Part shown: positions 50,018 through 60,462 of the stretch, piece after piece | Numbering within the stretch: position 1 is the stretch's first letter | Layout: the number at the start of each line of letters is the position of its first letter | Assembly (NCBI GenBank): GCA_963767005.1 | Contig: CAVYCN010000004.1 | Coordinates: 509,479 to 573,478 of the forward strand | Length of the DNA stretch: 64,000 nt | Origin: an uncultured Actinomycetes bacterium | Lineage (GTDB): Bacteria > Actinomycetota > Thermoleophilia > UBA2241 | Reading direction: 5' to 3' | Program-made: the position numbers and the translations under genes | Notes under the pieces: generated by a model | The model's input: the letters and a program-made list of their open reading frames with translations, nothing else | What the model was told of the DNA's origin: nothing | Databases searched by the model: none

Positions 50018-52750
50018 ATGAAGCGATCCTGGTCGGCCGTCTGCGTCGCGATCGTCGTCGCCTGCTTAGGGGCTGTGGTAGCTCCCTCGGCCCGCGCCTA
50101 CGCACCCGACGGCAACCAGGGCTGGTGCTGGCAGATGCCCCAGCCGGCCGACACGTTATACGGCGTTGCCTTTGGCGGCCCGAGCGACGCCTGGGCGGTG
50201 GGCGCGGGTGGCGTCATCCTGCACAGCAGCGATGCCGGCCTGACCTGGTCGGCACAGCAGTCCGGCACCTTTGCCGACCTCGACAACGTGGCCTTCCCCG
50301 ACGCCGAGCACGGCTGGGCTTGCGGCGGGATGTCGGATTCGATCAACGTCCTGGTCGCCACAACGGATGGCGGCACGACCTGGATGCCCGAGACACCGTC
50401 GGTACTCAAAGGCGACCCCGTCTCGTTGAGCTTCCCCGACGACCAGCACGGCTGGCTCGGCACCGACGACGGCCACATCCTGCGGACCACAGACGGCGGT
50501 CTGAGCTGGAGCACGACACGTCTCGGCGGCAATGGCGCCGAGCTGCTTGTCGACTTCGTCGATGCCACTCACGGCTGGGCCATATCTGACGAAGGTGGCA
50601 CGCTGTGGTCGACAAGTAACGGCGGGACGTCCTGGAAGCCGGTCTACGGCTTCCTGGGCGTGAACATCGAGCAGATGGGCATCGACTTCGTGAGCCGCAG
50701 CCGTGGCTGGGCCTACGTCTTCTCCGAGCCCACCAACGCGCAGTACTCGACCATCCTCACCACCAGCGACGGTGGCCGGGTCTGGCACACCGCCCGTCGC
50801 CTCGAGGGGCAGATGGTCCCGGCCCTGCAGGCCACCAGCGCTTCAGACGCCGGCTTCATCGACGTCGGCGGAGGCGACCTCGCCGCACTCTCCGGTGTTG
50901 ATGGCGACTCGAACAGGATGTGGCGCACGACCAACGGCGGTGCGAGCTGGTCTGTCCAGGGCGTCGGTGCGATGGTCGACCCCTGGGCGCTGGGCGGCAG
51001 CGGCCAGTCGTTCTGCGCGGTCGGGCAAGGCATCCTCGCTGCCCCGCAGGGTGGAGCCTGGCAGGCGTCAAACTCAGGACAGCTCTACTGGCTGCAGGAC
51101 GGCGTCGCCGTCAGCGACTCCGATCTGTGGGCGGTCGATCAGGGCGGCGCGCTACTGCACAGTACCGATGGCGGCACTTGGGCCGAGCAAGCGACACCGA
51201 CGCGCTGGTCGTTGGACCTGACCGGCGCAAGCTTCCCTGACTCGGCCGATGGCTGGCTCGCCGGCGCCACGAACCAGTTCAACGGATCGAGCGTCATCCT
51301 GCACACCTCTGACGGCGGCGCCAGCTGGACGCCGCAGTCCTCCGTGTTGGGCTCGGGCCTCTCCCGTATCCAGTTCGTCGACGATAACGACGGCTGGGCG
51401 ATCAGCAACAATTCGTTTGGCTTCGGCTCGGGTGCCAACACCGCGATCGAGCACACCACCGACGGCGGGGCGACTTGGCTTGCCCAGTACGTGACAGACA
51501 ACCCCGGCCTGGACGCGCTGAGTTTCATCGATGCGACCACCGGCTGGGTCGCCGGGTACAGCTTCCCGCCTTCGGGCGGCGGAGGAGTGCCGTTCCTGGC
51601 CAAGACGAGCGATGGTGGCAGCACCTGGTCGGTGGAGAGTCTACCCAAGGGAGCGCCCGTACCCAGCGGCCTGCAGTTCGTCGATGCAAACGACGGCTGG
51701 GCCGTTGGCACAAATGACGACGACGTGTCCTTGCTGCTGCAGACCACAAACGGCGGGACGACCTGGACCAAAGTGACGTCGTTCCCTGCAGGCACGGGGG
51801 CCACGTGCGTCCACTTCGTCAGCGAGGATCAGGGCTGGGTCGGCGGCGACGGCGTCTGGGCGACAACCGACGGCGGCCAGAGCTGGAGCGAGGTCGCCGG
51901 GAACGCTGGCGTTGACGCACTCGCAGCCACCGACGCACATCACGTCTGGGCCTTCGGCGACGGCATCGTCTCGACCGTCGACGGACCGAGCGGCGACAGC
52001 GCCCCGCCGCAGACCCTAGACGATGCCGACTGGGGTTGGCACCACACGCCCGTCACGATCACCCTGAGCCCGAGCGACACGGGCGGCTCCGGCCTTGCGA
52101 CCACGCAGTACTCGACCGACGGCGGCACGACCTGGCAGACCGGTACGAGCATCGCGGTGCCGGCCGCGGCCGACCACGCAAACGACGGTCTGCACACCTT
52201 CCTCTACCGCTCGACCGACCAGGCTGGCAACACGGAGGCGACCGAGATCTGCGGAGAGGGCATCGACACGCTGGGGCCGGCCTGTGGCGCCCCCAAGGAG
52301 CCGGTGGCCGGCACCGACAAGAGCGCCATCGTGCGCTTCAAAGCCAGCGACGCCACAAGCGGCGTCGCCGTGGCCACGATCAAGATCGAGACGCGCAGCG
52401 GGCGCGTGCTGGAGACCCTCGTGACCCGTCCCGGCAACTGGTCCTACGAGCCGGCCCCGCCCTACTACTGGCTGCGTTTCACCTGCAAACTGAGGCCCGG
52501 CCTCTACCGGGTCGTGGTCGATGCTCGGGACTTCGCCGGCAACAGCCAGGTGACCATCGGCCGCAGCTGGCTGCGGGTGCGCAAGACCGCGCCCAAGGCC
52601 AAGGCGCCCGATTGGCCGTCGGGCCTGCCGAGCAGCGATCAGGGAGACGACGCTCCGGCCACCGCCGGGCTGCGTCATGCTCCCACCATCCTGCAGGAAC
52701 TCCGCCGGGAGCCCTGGGAGACATGGCGGGCGGCGGCTGCGAAGCGCTGA
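50018..52750 (+). CDS. Secreted YCF48-like/BNR propeller protein, paralogue of 14987-17779
   Basis: Signal peptide, PDGNQGWCWQMPQPA, TxDGGxxW repeats, same C-terminal modules. Confidence 0.85.
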   Translation: MKRSWSAVCVAIVVACLGAVVAPSARAYAPDGNQGWCWQMPQPADTLYGVAFGGPSDAWAVGAGGVILHSSDAGLTWSAQQSGTFADLDNVAFPDAEHGWACGGMSDSINVLVATTDGGTTWMPETPSVLKGDPVSLSFPDDQHGWLGTDDGHILRTTDGGLSWSTTRLGGNGAELLVDFVDATHGWAISDEGGTLWSTSNGGTSWKPVYGFLGVNIEQMGIDFVSRSRGWAYVFSEPTNAQYSTILTTSDGGRVWHTARRLEGQMVPALQATSASDAGFIDVGGGDLAALSGVDGDSNRMWRTTNGGASWSVQGVGAMVDPWALGGSGQSFCAVGQGILAAPQGGAWQASNSGQLYWLQDGVAVSDSDLWAVDQGGALLHSTDGGTWAEQATPTRWSLDLTGASFPDSADGWLAGATNQFNGSSVILHTSDGGASWTPQSSVLGSGLSRIQFVDDNDGWAISNNSFGFGSGANTAIEHTTDGGATWLAQYVTDNPGLDALSFIDATTGWVAGYSFPPSGGGGVPFLAKTSDGGSTWSVESLPKGAPVPSGLQFVDANDGWAVGTNDDDVSLLLQTTNGGTTWTKVTSFPAGTGATCVHFVSEDQGWVGGDGVWATTDGGQSWSEVAGNAGVDALAATDAHHVWAFGDGIVSTVDGPSGDSAPPQTLDDADWGWHHTPVTITLSPSDTGGSGLATTQYSTDGGTTWQTGTSIAVPAAADHANDGLHTFLYRSTDQAGNTEATEICGEGIDTLGPACGAPKEPVAGTDKSAIVRFKASDATSGVAVATIKIETRSGRVLETLVTRPGNWSYEPAPPYYWLRFTCKLRPGLYRVVVDARDFAGNSQVTIGRSWLRVRKTAPKAKAPDWPSGLPSSDQGDDAPATAGLRHAPTILQELRREPWETWRAAAAKR

Positions 52751-52983
52751 CAGCAGGGGCTTCGCGTCGGCACTTCCACGACTTGCACTAGACGTGATGA
52801 AGACGCCGGCTCGCACCTGACAACGAACGACATTGCTTTGCTGAAGCGGCGCGACACGCAGGCGTCTTGCAAGGACGGCCGACCTCAGACCGACCTCCTG
52901 GCGCTGGTCCGAAGGCGTTGACGATCGGACCCGTCGTCGGCCCTTGCAGGCACCGCCGCCACTTGACCTGCTGATTCACCCGC

Positions 52984-54813
52984 TCAGGTCGTCTCGGACT
53001 CGAGCGCGTCCACCACGGATCGACGTACGTCAGCGAGGACCGACACGCTGGTGAACACGGCGATGATCAGCATCAACGCGATGCCTATGGCGCCAAGCCA
53101 GAGCAGTGGTGGAACCTGTGTCGACCCGGCTTGCTTGGCGACGTGGTGCAGTCCGACGCCGCCCGGGATGCCGAGCAGCACTCCGAGAAGGGCCGGCAGC
53201 AGCAGGGCCGCCGAGAGCCCCGCCGCGATCTGCCGCGAAGTGGCTCCCAGGGAGCGTGCCACCGCGGCCGGACGTCGCGTCTCGAGCGCACTGGTCCAGG
53301 CGATAAACACCGCGTTCACGGCGGCCAGGACAACCAGCATGAGCGAGATGGTGGTCGCCGCCTGGCTCACCACTGGCCCCAGGATCCCGCTCACCGTCAT
53401 GCGCAGGATGAGCACCGCGACGAGGCCACTCATCGTGACCGCGACGCTGAAGACGCTGAGCGCAAGACGCCCCGGCCGCCGGAAGGCAAGCCGCACACCG
53501 AACATCAGCGGTGCAGGCAGGTGGGCCGAGAGCGCCATCACCCGCGCCCGGCGACGTGGCGTCCAGGCTCTGTCTCCAAGTGAGGCGATCGTGCTCTGAC
53601 GGGCGGCACGGGCGGCTGGAACCATCGTCGCCATGAGCGCTACTCCCACTGCGAGCGCCACCGCCAGCGCGATTGTGGGGACCGTCAGCGACGGGGCACT
53701 CGGGGCGCCGAGCAGCCCGGCGCCCGGCTTGTCGATGAGTGGCGCGGCGAGCCAGCCCGCCAGCAGCCCCACAGCGGCTGCGCAGAGCCCGATGAGCGCG
53801 TTCTCGAAAAGCAGTACGACAGCGATGAGCAGCGGTGTGCCTCCGACCGCCTTCAGCAGGCCCACGCGCCGCGTCTGTTCGGCCATGCGGCCGCCGACCA
53901 GCACAGCGACGCTCGCCACCGCAAGGAGCACGAGCAGCCAGCTCCCCGTGAAGAGGACGAGCTGCGCCCGCTGCGTGACGATCGTCTCCTTGCTCTCGAT
54001 GCCCTGCCAGGAGTAGAGCTCGAGAGCGCCGCTTGAGCTCCCGGCGTCGTGGCGGGCCACGAACGTCCGGGCGCCGGCCGGGTCGGCGAGCTTGAGGTTG
54101 ATGTCGTAGACGACCGGCTCCGAGCCGGTGGCGGCAAGGTGCGCGACGTCGGCCGTCGGCACCCAGACGAGCCCGATGCTGTTGGAGCCGAGGTTGCCGA
54201 CCAGGAAGGCGCCGAGGGCGCCGGCCACCGGATAGCTGGGGAAGGCGGCCGTTGCGGCCACCCCCACGAGCCGGAAGGACCTGCCGCCGAGACGCAGCCG
54301 CTCGCCGAGGCGCAGGCCGAGCGCTTGCGCGAAGGTCGCCTCGACGACGACTCCGCCGGGTCGCACCCACGTGCCCTGGAGCAGCTTCGGCTGATCGACT
54401 GCAGAGGGCGCAGGGTCGCGCCCCTCGACCTCGGCGGTCGCCCTGACCCGCCCCGTCCGCAGCAGCGCCCAGGTCAAGGGGAAGGGCCCGCTATAGGCGA
54501 CGACTCCCGAGGCGTGCTCGAGGGGCGCAAGGTCACTGGGCTGTGCGCTCCCGCCGATGGAGACGGACCTCGAGCTCCCCGTGCCCTGCGCCTGGGACCG
54601 AGCATAGCCGTTGATGTCGCTCGCCACGACGTCCGGTCCGTTGGCCGCCTCGCGGGTCCGTAGGTAGGGGTTGTCCGTCGTGCCGCGCAGCGCGAGGCCG
54701 AGGGTCAGCGTGGCTACTCCCGTGGCGATCGCAAGGAGCAGGAGAATCGTCAGCGCCGGCCGATGGCGGATGTCCTTCGCGGCGATGCGCCAGATCAGGA
54801 GGGCCTTTCCCAT
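52984..54813 (-). CDS. FtsX/MacB-like ABC permease
   Basis: RRVGLLKAVGGT motif, MacB-like topology; GGAGGG RBS. Confidence 0.85.
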   Translation of the reverse strand: MGKALLIWRIAAKDIRHRPALTILLLLAIATGVATLTLGLALRGTTDNPYLRTREAANGPDVVASDINGYARSQAQGTGSSRSVSIGGSAQPSDLAPLEHASGVVAYSGPFPLTWALLRTGRVRATAEVEGRDPAPSAVDQPKLLQGTWVRPGGVVVEATFAQALGLRLGERLRLGGRSFRLVGVAATAAFPSYPVAGALGAFLVGNLGSNSIGLVWVPTADVAHLAATGSEPVVYDINLKLADPAGARTFVARHDAGSSSGALELYSWQGIESKETIVTQRAQLVLFTGSWLLVLLAVASVAVLVGGRMAEQTRRVGLLKAVGGTPLLIAVVLLFENALIGLCAAAVGLLAGWLAAPLIDKPGAGLLGAPSAPSLTVPTIALAVALAVGVALMATMVPAARAARQSTIASLGDRAWTPRRRARVMALSAHLPAPLMFGVRLAFRRPGRLALSVFSVAVTMSGLVAVLILRMTVSGILGPVVSQAATTISLMLVVLAAVNAVFIAWTSALETRRPAAVARSLGATSRQIAAGLSAALLLPALLGVLLGIPGGVGLHHVAKQAGSTQVPPLLWLGAIGIALMLIIAVFTSVSVLADVRRSVVDALESETT

Positions 54814-54816
54814 GAC

Positions 54817-55560
54817 TCATCCCTCCAGAGCGCTGAGGCCGCCGGCGGCTCCGGGCAGAGGTCCGGTCAGCGATGTGTCGCCGACGAAGGTGCCGTCGCG
54901 CATCGAGACCAGCCGGTCGGCACGGGCTGCGATCTGCTCGTCGTGGGTCACGACGACGAGCGTCAGGCCATCCTCGTGCAGGGCCTCGAAGAGCCGCAGT
55001 ACTTCCAGAGTGGCCGCGCTGTCGAGGTTGCCGGTGGGCTCGTCGGCAAGCACGATGCTCGGCTCGTTGACTAGCGCACGGGCGATGGCCGTTCGCTGCC
55101 GCTCGCCGCCGGACAGCGCCGAAGGCAGATGACCGGCCCGCTCGGCAAGCCCCACGCGCTCGAGGAGCAGGGCGGCCCGCCGTCGCGCCTCCGCAGGAGA
55201 GCGGCCGGCAAGAAGCGCGGGAAGCTCGACGTTCTCCTGGGCGCTGAGCTCGTCCATGAGGTGGAACGCCTGGAAGACGAAGCCGATCTCGCGACGCCGC
55301 AGGCCGGCCAGGGCGCGCTCGGAGAGCCGGTCGATGCGCCGTCCGTTCAACCAGGTCTCGCCGGCCGTCGGGCGGTCGAGCCCGCCGAGCAGGTGGAGCA
55401 GCGTCGATTTGCCACAGCCGCTCGGTCCCCTCACGGCCAGGGCTTCGCCGCGAGAGATCTCCAGGTCGACGTGGTCCACCGCGCGGATGAGCCCCGCACC
55501 GCTGCCGTACTCCTTGCTCAGGCCGCGGGCACGCACGAACACTTCGGCAGGTCGGTCCAT
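54817..55560 (-). CDS. ABC ATP-binding protein (LolD/MacB-like)
   Basis: GPSGCGKST, LSGGERQR, LADEPTGNLD; AGGAGG RBS. Confidence 0.95.
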   Translation of the reverse strand: MDRPAEVFVRARGLSKEYGSGAGLIRAVDHVDLEISRGEALAVRGPSGCGKSTLLHLLGGLDRPTAGETWLNGRRIDRLSERALAGLRRREIGFVFQAFHLMDELSAQENVELPALLAGRSPAEARRRAALLLERVGLAERAGHLPSALSGGERQRTAIARALVNEPSIVLADEPTGNLDSAATLEVLRLFEALHEDGLTLVVVTHDEQIAARADRLVSMRDGTFVGDTSLTGPLPGAAGGLSALEG

Positions 55561-55628
55561 CGCTTCCTCCTTCCGCCCGTCCTTGGTTGGCACCGGCAGG
55601 CACCACGCAAAAACGATGCCCCGCGGGC

Positions 55629-55669
55629 GGTTACACCGCGGGAACAGGAGCTGTGACCCCGCTGTAACC
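55629..55669. promoter_or_regulatory. OmpR-type operator: tandem GGT(T/C)ACA-like repeats in inverted arrangement
   Basis: GGTTACA-N4-GGGAACA-N5-TGTGACC-N4-TGTAACC between the divergent ABC and response-regulator genes. Confidence 0.65.
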
Positions 55670-55743
55670 TCGGGTCGGGTATGGTCAGTCTGACCGGTCG
55701 GCAAAGTGAGTCCGTCGGGAGGACGAGCGGGACGCGACGCGCT

Positions 55744-56403
55744 ATGCGAGTGCTCATCGTTGAAGACCACAGGGAGCTTGCCGGCGCTATCGCGCACGGA
55801 CTGCGCCGCGAGGGCATGGCGGTCGACATCGTCTTCGACGGCGAGGCGGCGCTGGCCCACCTCGAACGCGACGATTACGAGGTCGTGGTCCTCGACCGCG
55901 ACCTCCCCAAGGTGCACGGCGACGACGTCTGTCGGGCGGTCGTCGCCAGCAGATCCCGCACCCGCGTCCTCATGCTGACGGCCGCCGATACCATCGAGGA
56001 GCGCGTCGAGGGACTCGATCTTGGGGCCGACGACTATCTGCCCAAGCCCTTCGCCTTCGCCGAGCTCGTGGCGCGCATCCGTGCCCTGGGGCGCCGCAGC
56101 GCCCGTGCCCTCGCCCCCCTCCTTGCCTCGGGCGATATCCACCTCGACCCCGCGCGGCGCACGGCGAGCCGCGCCGGTCGCCGACTCGAGCTGAGTCCCA
56201 GAGAGTTCACCCTCCTTGAGACGCTGCTTGCGGCCGACGGCGCATCCCTTACTGCGGAGGAACTGCTCCGGCGTGTCTGGGACGAGTACGCCGACCCCTT
56301 CAGCAACGTCGTCAAAGTCACCGTCGCCCGGCTGCGGCGCAAACTGGGCGACCCGCCCGCGATCGAGACCGTTCCGGGCGCCGGCTACCGGCTGCGCCAG
56401 TGA
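55744..56403 (+). CDS. OmpR-family response regulator (CutR-like)
   Basis: VLIVED, VLDRDLP, GADDYLPKPF, ETVPGAGY. Confidence 0.95.
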   Translation: MRVLIVEDHRELAGAIAHGLRREGMAVDIVFDGEAALAHLERDDYEVVVLDRDLPKVHGDDVCRAVVASRSRTRVLMLTAADTIEERVEGLDLGADDYLPKPFAFAELVARIRALGRRSARALAPLLASGDIHLDPARRTASRAGRRLELSPREFTLLETLLAADGASLTAEELLRRVWDEYADPFSNVVKVTVARLRRKLGDPPAIETVPGAGYRLRQ

Positions 56404-57566
56404 GCCCTTCGCACGTCATCGAGCGGCTCGGCGCACACCTTCGCCATCCCACCATCCGGCTGCGGTTCACGCTGCTTTACAGCGGGCTCTTCCTGGCGTG
56501 CGGGCTCGGCCTGCTCGCTATCACCTATGTGCTCCTTGCCCAGAAGTACGGGGGGAACTTCTTCGCCGTCCCGGTGCACGCCGGGTCGAGTGGCGCCGGA
56601 CAGAACCCCTCGGTGGGCCAGGCGACGGCCCAGGCCCAGGCGCAGAAGGCACTGGGTCAGCTGCCCGTGCAGTTCGGCATCGCCCTGGCGATCATGACGG
56701 CGCTCTCCGTCGTCCTCGCCTGGCGCCTCGCCGGACGTGCCCTGCGCCCTTTGCACCTGATGACGCAGACCGCCGGTGAGATCTCGGCGAGCAGTCTCGA
56801 CAGGCGACTGGCGATCGAGGGCCCCGATGACGAGGTGAGGCGCCTCAGCGAGGCGTTCGACGGCCTCCTCGCCCGCCTCGAAGCGTCCTTTGAGGCGCAA
56901 CGGCGTTTCGTCGCCAATGCTTCACATGAGTTGCGTACCCCGCTCACCTACGAGCGCACGCTGCTCGAAGTGGCGCTGGCCGACCCCGACCCCAGCGCCG
57001 ATGCGCTGCGCGAGGTCTGCGAGCAGCTGCTCGTCTCGGAAGCGCACCAGGAGCGTCTGATCGAGGCGCTTCTCATCTTGGCGCGCGGGCAGGCCGGCCT
57101 GCAAAGGAGGGAACCCTTCGATCTGGCCGCGCTAACTGAGACGGTCCTGTCCGCTCGATATGAGGAGGCAGCCAGCCGCGGCCTTGAGGTCGGTTGGGCG
57201 CTGACGCCGGCACAGGCCACCGGCGATCCGCGCCTCGTCGAGCGCCTGATCACGAATCTCATCGATAACGCCCTCCGACACAACGTCGACCATGGCAGCG
57301 TCAGGGTGACGACTGGCGCCCTCGCGGGACAGGCGACGTTCTCCGTCACAAACAGCGGACCCGAGGTCTCCGCCGCAGAGGTCGAGCGGCTCTTCGAGCC
57401 GTTTCGCACGGCAGATGCCGACCGCACCCAGCTGGAGAACGGACACGGCCTTGGCCTCTCGATCGTGCGCGCGATTGCAAGCGCACACGGAGCCGCTGTG
57501 AACGCCGAGCCCCAGCCGGAGGGGGGGCTGAAGGTAACGGTCGCCTTCCCGGCAGGCGCATCCTGA
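56400..57566 (+). CDS. HAMP sensor histidine kinase
   Basis: Two TM segments, ANASHELRTPL, NLIDNALRHN, GLGLSIV. Confidence 0.95.
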   Translation: MSPSHVIERLGAHLRHPTIRLRFTLLYSGLFLACGLGLLAITYVLLAQKYGGNFFAVPVHAGSSGAGQNPSVGQATAQAQAQKALGQLPVQFGIALAIMTALSVVLAWRLAGRALRPLHLMTQTAGEISASSLDRRLAIEGPDDEVRRLSEAFDGLLARLEASFEAQRRFVANASHELRTPLTYERTLLEVALADPDPSADALREVCEQLLVSEAHQERLIEALLILARGQAGLQRREPFDLAALTETVLSARYEEAASRGLEVGWALTPAQATGDPRLVERLITNLIDNALRHNVDHGSVRVTTGALAGQATFSVTNSGPEVSAAEVERLFEPFRTADADRTQLENGHGLGLSIVRAIASAHGAAVNAEPQPEGGLKVTVAFPAGAS

Positions 57567-57695
57567 CTGCGAGACACGTGCCGCCAGAGAAGGAGCCGCA
57601 CCGGGCGGGCGGTGCTGACGCGAAGCCGACGAGGTGGTGGTCGCAGCGGCCCCCGAGCGCCCGCTCGGTCGCGCACCTCCGTTAGAATCGGGTCC

Positions 57696-58442
57696 ATGCT
57701 GCGGGCGGTCACCCTCGACTTCTGGGACACGCTGTTTGGCTGGGACCTTGGTCCCGGCTACGAAGGCCGCCAGGTGAAGCGCCTCGCGGCCGAGCTTGCC
57801 GTGTTGGGCCGGCCGCAAGAAGAGGTCGCGATCCGCGCTGCCCTTCAGCACGCCTACGATTGGTTCGACCGCATCTGGACCGGCGAGCACCGCACTCCGG
57901 GAGCCGCCGAGACGCTCGGCGTCGTCCTTGCGACCCTGGGAGTGAGCGAGCCGGACGAGGCCCTGGGCCGCCTTGCGAGCTTCTTCGAAGAGCTGGTGCT
58001 CGAGGTCGAGCCCGCGCTCCTGCCCGGGGTGAGGCAGGCGCTGCCGCAGCTCGCCGCACATTACAAGCTCGCCCTCATCGTCGACACGGGCTATGCGCCC
58101 GGCCGGGTGCTGCGCGAGCTGCTGCGCCGCCATCGTCTGCTCGACCTGTTCGCCTTCGCTTACTTCTCGAACGAGGGCGCCTGGAGCAAGCCCGACCGCC
58201 GTGTCTTTGCCGTCGCCCTCGAGAAGCTCGCGGTCGACCCCGGCGAAGCGGTGCACGTGGGCGACTCGGCGCGCACCGACATCGCCGGCGCCAAAGAGGC
58301 CGGCATGCTAGCGATCCAGGTCCTAAGGGACGCTCGAGCGCGGGCCGCGCCCACCGTCGATGCCGTCGTCCGGCGCTTCGATGAGCTGCCGACGGTCGTG
58401 ACCGAAATGGCGGCGCTTCAGAGTCCGCACAAGTCAAGCTGA
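57696..58442 (+). CDS. HAD-family hydrolase, probably leaderless
   Basis: TLDFWDTL, SKPD, HVGDSARTD; TAGAAT ends 7 nt before the ATG and no SD. Confidence 0.85.
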   Translation: MLRAVTLDFWDTLFGWDLGPGYEGRQVKRLAAELAVLGRPQEEVAIRAALQHAYDWFDRIWTGEHRTPGAAETLGVVLATLGVSEPDEALGRLASFFEELVLEVEPALLPGVRQALPQLAAHYKLALIVDTGYAPGRVLRELLRRHRLLDLFAFAYFSNEGAWSKPDRRVFAVALEKLAVDPGEAVHVGDSARTDIAGAKEAGMLAIQVLRDARARAAPTVDAVVRRFDELPTVVTEMAALQSPHKSS

Positions 58443-59840
58443 GCGGACGCTCGACCGCTCGCGAGCTCGGTGCGCTGCGCATGCCCGCGTCGCGGCATAC
58501 AGGACGAGTGTCACCGCGAAGCCGAGCAGAAAGCCGAGCGAGGAGCCCCGAAAAACGCCGACCGCCAAAGGCCCGCTGAACACGCCCGTCGAAGTGAAGC
58601 AGAGCGCGACGACGACGCCGACCAGCCAGGCTGCGCAGGCAGACCAGCGGAACGCCACCGTTCCTTGAGTGCGCCCAGGCGTCCCGTCTCCGACGCTCCC
58701 GAGCTCGAGCACAAAGACGGCGCTCCAGGGGGCAAGCACACAGGCCAGGACGCCCAGGAACGCCTCGAATGTGCCGACCACGTTGTGGGCGACCAGCAGG
58801 ACGCAGAGGCTGGCGCTCACCGAGAGGGCGGCGTCGATGAAGACCGTACGTGAGCGCGGCAGACGCAGCCGGGCGGCGAGCAGGCTCAGGCCCGCCGAGT
58901 AGATGTCGAGGATGTCGCCGGTCACCATGCCGCCCACCGCCGTGAGCAGGTAGAGCACCCTGACCCAGGCGGGCAGCGCTCCCTCAAGCTCGCCGATCGG
59001 GTTGGCCGACGATGCCAGCGAGGGCAGCCCCGCAGCGAGCAGGACGCCGAGCGCCATGAGTGCAAAGACGGGGACCGCTCCGCCCGCAGCGGTCGCCCAG
59101 ACCAGTCGGCCCGGAGGGGTGTCGGTCGGCAGGTAGCGCGAGTAGTCGGAGGCCATGTTGACCCAGGAGAGGCCACTGGCGGCGACCACGATCGAGAAGG
59201 CCGGCAGCACTCCGGTCAGCCAGGAGGCACCGTGGGCGCTGGCGAGCGTCTGCCAGTGGACGTGCGGCAGCAGCAGGCCGCAGACCACCAGGGTGAGAGC
59301 GCCGAACAGGCAGGCGAAGACCACCTGGAGGCGCACGATCGCCGCATGCCCGAGAAAGGCGATCGAGAAGGCAAGCACAGCGACAACGGCCAGGCAGCAG
59401 GCCAGCACGAGACTGCCCGCCTTGGCGTGGAAGGCCGCTTGATAGGCGGCCGCCAGCGCGTAGCTGGCTATCACCAGCACGACCGTCTCCCAGCCGACGA
59501 GGTTGAGCCAGGAGAGGGCGCTCGGGGCGAGGTTGCCCCAGGTGCCGAAGACCTCCTGCGAAAGTGCCATCGTCGGCCTGCCGCTGCGCATCCCTGGCAC
59601 CGCGAAGTAACCAACCAGGAGAAACGAGGCCACACCGAGCAGGCCGACCAGGCTCTGGGCAAGCGAGAGCCCGTAGCTTGCCACCACGGCGCCGATCACG
59701 ACCGAGGTGATCGCCAGGTTTCCGGCAAACCAGACGGCAAAGACGCCGCGCAGGCCGCCACGGCGCTCTTCGAGGGGCACGGCGTCTAGACCGCGGGTCT
59801 CCACCTGCCAGGCCGCAGGGGGCGCAGGACGTCTGCTCAT
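58434..59840 (-). CDS. NCS1 purine/cytosine permease (CytX-like thiamine-precursor transporter)
   Basis: VETRGLDAVP, WFAGNL, ASDYSRYLP; last gene of the TPP operon. Confidence 0.85.
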   Translation of the reverse strand: MSRRPAPPAAWQVETRGLDAVPLEERRGGLRGVFAVWFAGNLAITSVVIGAVVASYGLSLAQSLVGLLGVASFLLVGYFAVPGMRSGRPTMALSQEVFGTWGNLAPSALSWLNLVGWETVVLVIASYALAAAYQAAFHAKAGSLVLACCLAVVAVLAFSIAFLGHAAIVRLQVVFACLFGALTLVVCGLLLPHVHWQTLASAHGASWLTGVLPAFSIVVAASGLSWVNMASDYSRYLPTDTPPGRLVWATAAGGAVPVFALMALGVLLAAGLPSLASSANPIGELEGALPAWVRVLYLLTAVGGMVTGDILDIYSAGLSLLAARLRLPRSRTVFIDAALSVSASLCVLLVAHNVVGTFEAFLGVLACVLAPWSAVFVLELGSVGDGTPGRTQGTVAFRWSACAAWLVGVVVALCFTSTGVFSGPLAVGVFRGSSLGFLLGFAVTLVLYAATRACAAHRARERSSVRSA

Positions 59841-59847
59841 CGTGTCC

Positions 59848-60462
59848 CTAGGTGGGTCGGCCCGCCAGCAGGGCGCGGGCGGTGAGCCTCGGGTCGGCCG
59901 CTGTGGTCAGGGCGGCGATTACCGCCAGACCGGCGACCCCGGTCGCCCAGACAGCGGCGGCGTTGTCGGCCCCGATGCCGCCGATCGCGACGATCGGACA
60001 GGAGCAACGCCGCACCGCCTCGGCGAGTTCCTCAAGACCCACGGGGGCCGAGGCGTCGGCTTTGGACGGGGTCGCATAGACCGGACCGTAGCCGACGTAG
60101 AGGGGCGCGAAGGACTGCGCCCAGGCAAGCTCGTCGAGGTTACGGGCCGAAAGCCCGAGGCCGAGCTGCGGCGCGACGCGGCGCACCGCCTCGGGCGGCA
60201 GGTCGTCGGGGCCGATGTGCACGAGATCGGCACCGAGCGCCAGGGCGAGATCGAGGCGGTCATCGACCGAGAACCAGAGGCCAAGCTCGCGGGCCAGTCG
60301 GGCGACGAGCTCACCATAGGCGTAGGCCGTGCGGCCGATGGCGCCCTTCTCGCGCAGCTGGACCCCCGCGACCCCTCCGGCCGCCACGGCGCCCAGCCAA
60401 CCCTCGAGGCGCTCCGGCGGCACCCGCTGGCGGTCGACCAACGCCTGCAGGCTCAGGTCCAT
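59848..60462 (-). CDS. thiE: Thiamine-phosphate synthase
   Basis: VQLREK, DDRLDLALA, HIGPDD, GPVYATPSK, VAIGGI. Confidence 0.92.
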   Translation of the reverse strand: MDLSLQALVDRQRVPPERLEGWLGAVAAGGVAGVQLREKGAIGRTAYAYGELVARLARELGLWFSVDDRLDLALALGADLVHIGPDDLPPEAVRRVAPQLGLGLSARNLDELAWAQSFAPLYVGYGPVYATPSKADASAPVGLEELAEAVRRCSCPIVAIGGIGADNAAAVWATGVAGLAVIAALTTAADPRLTARALLAGRPT

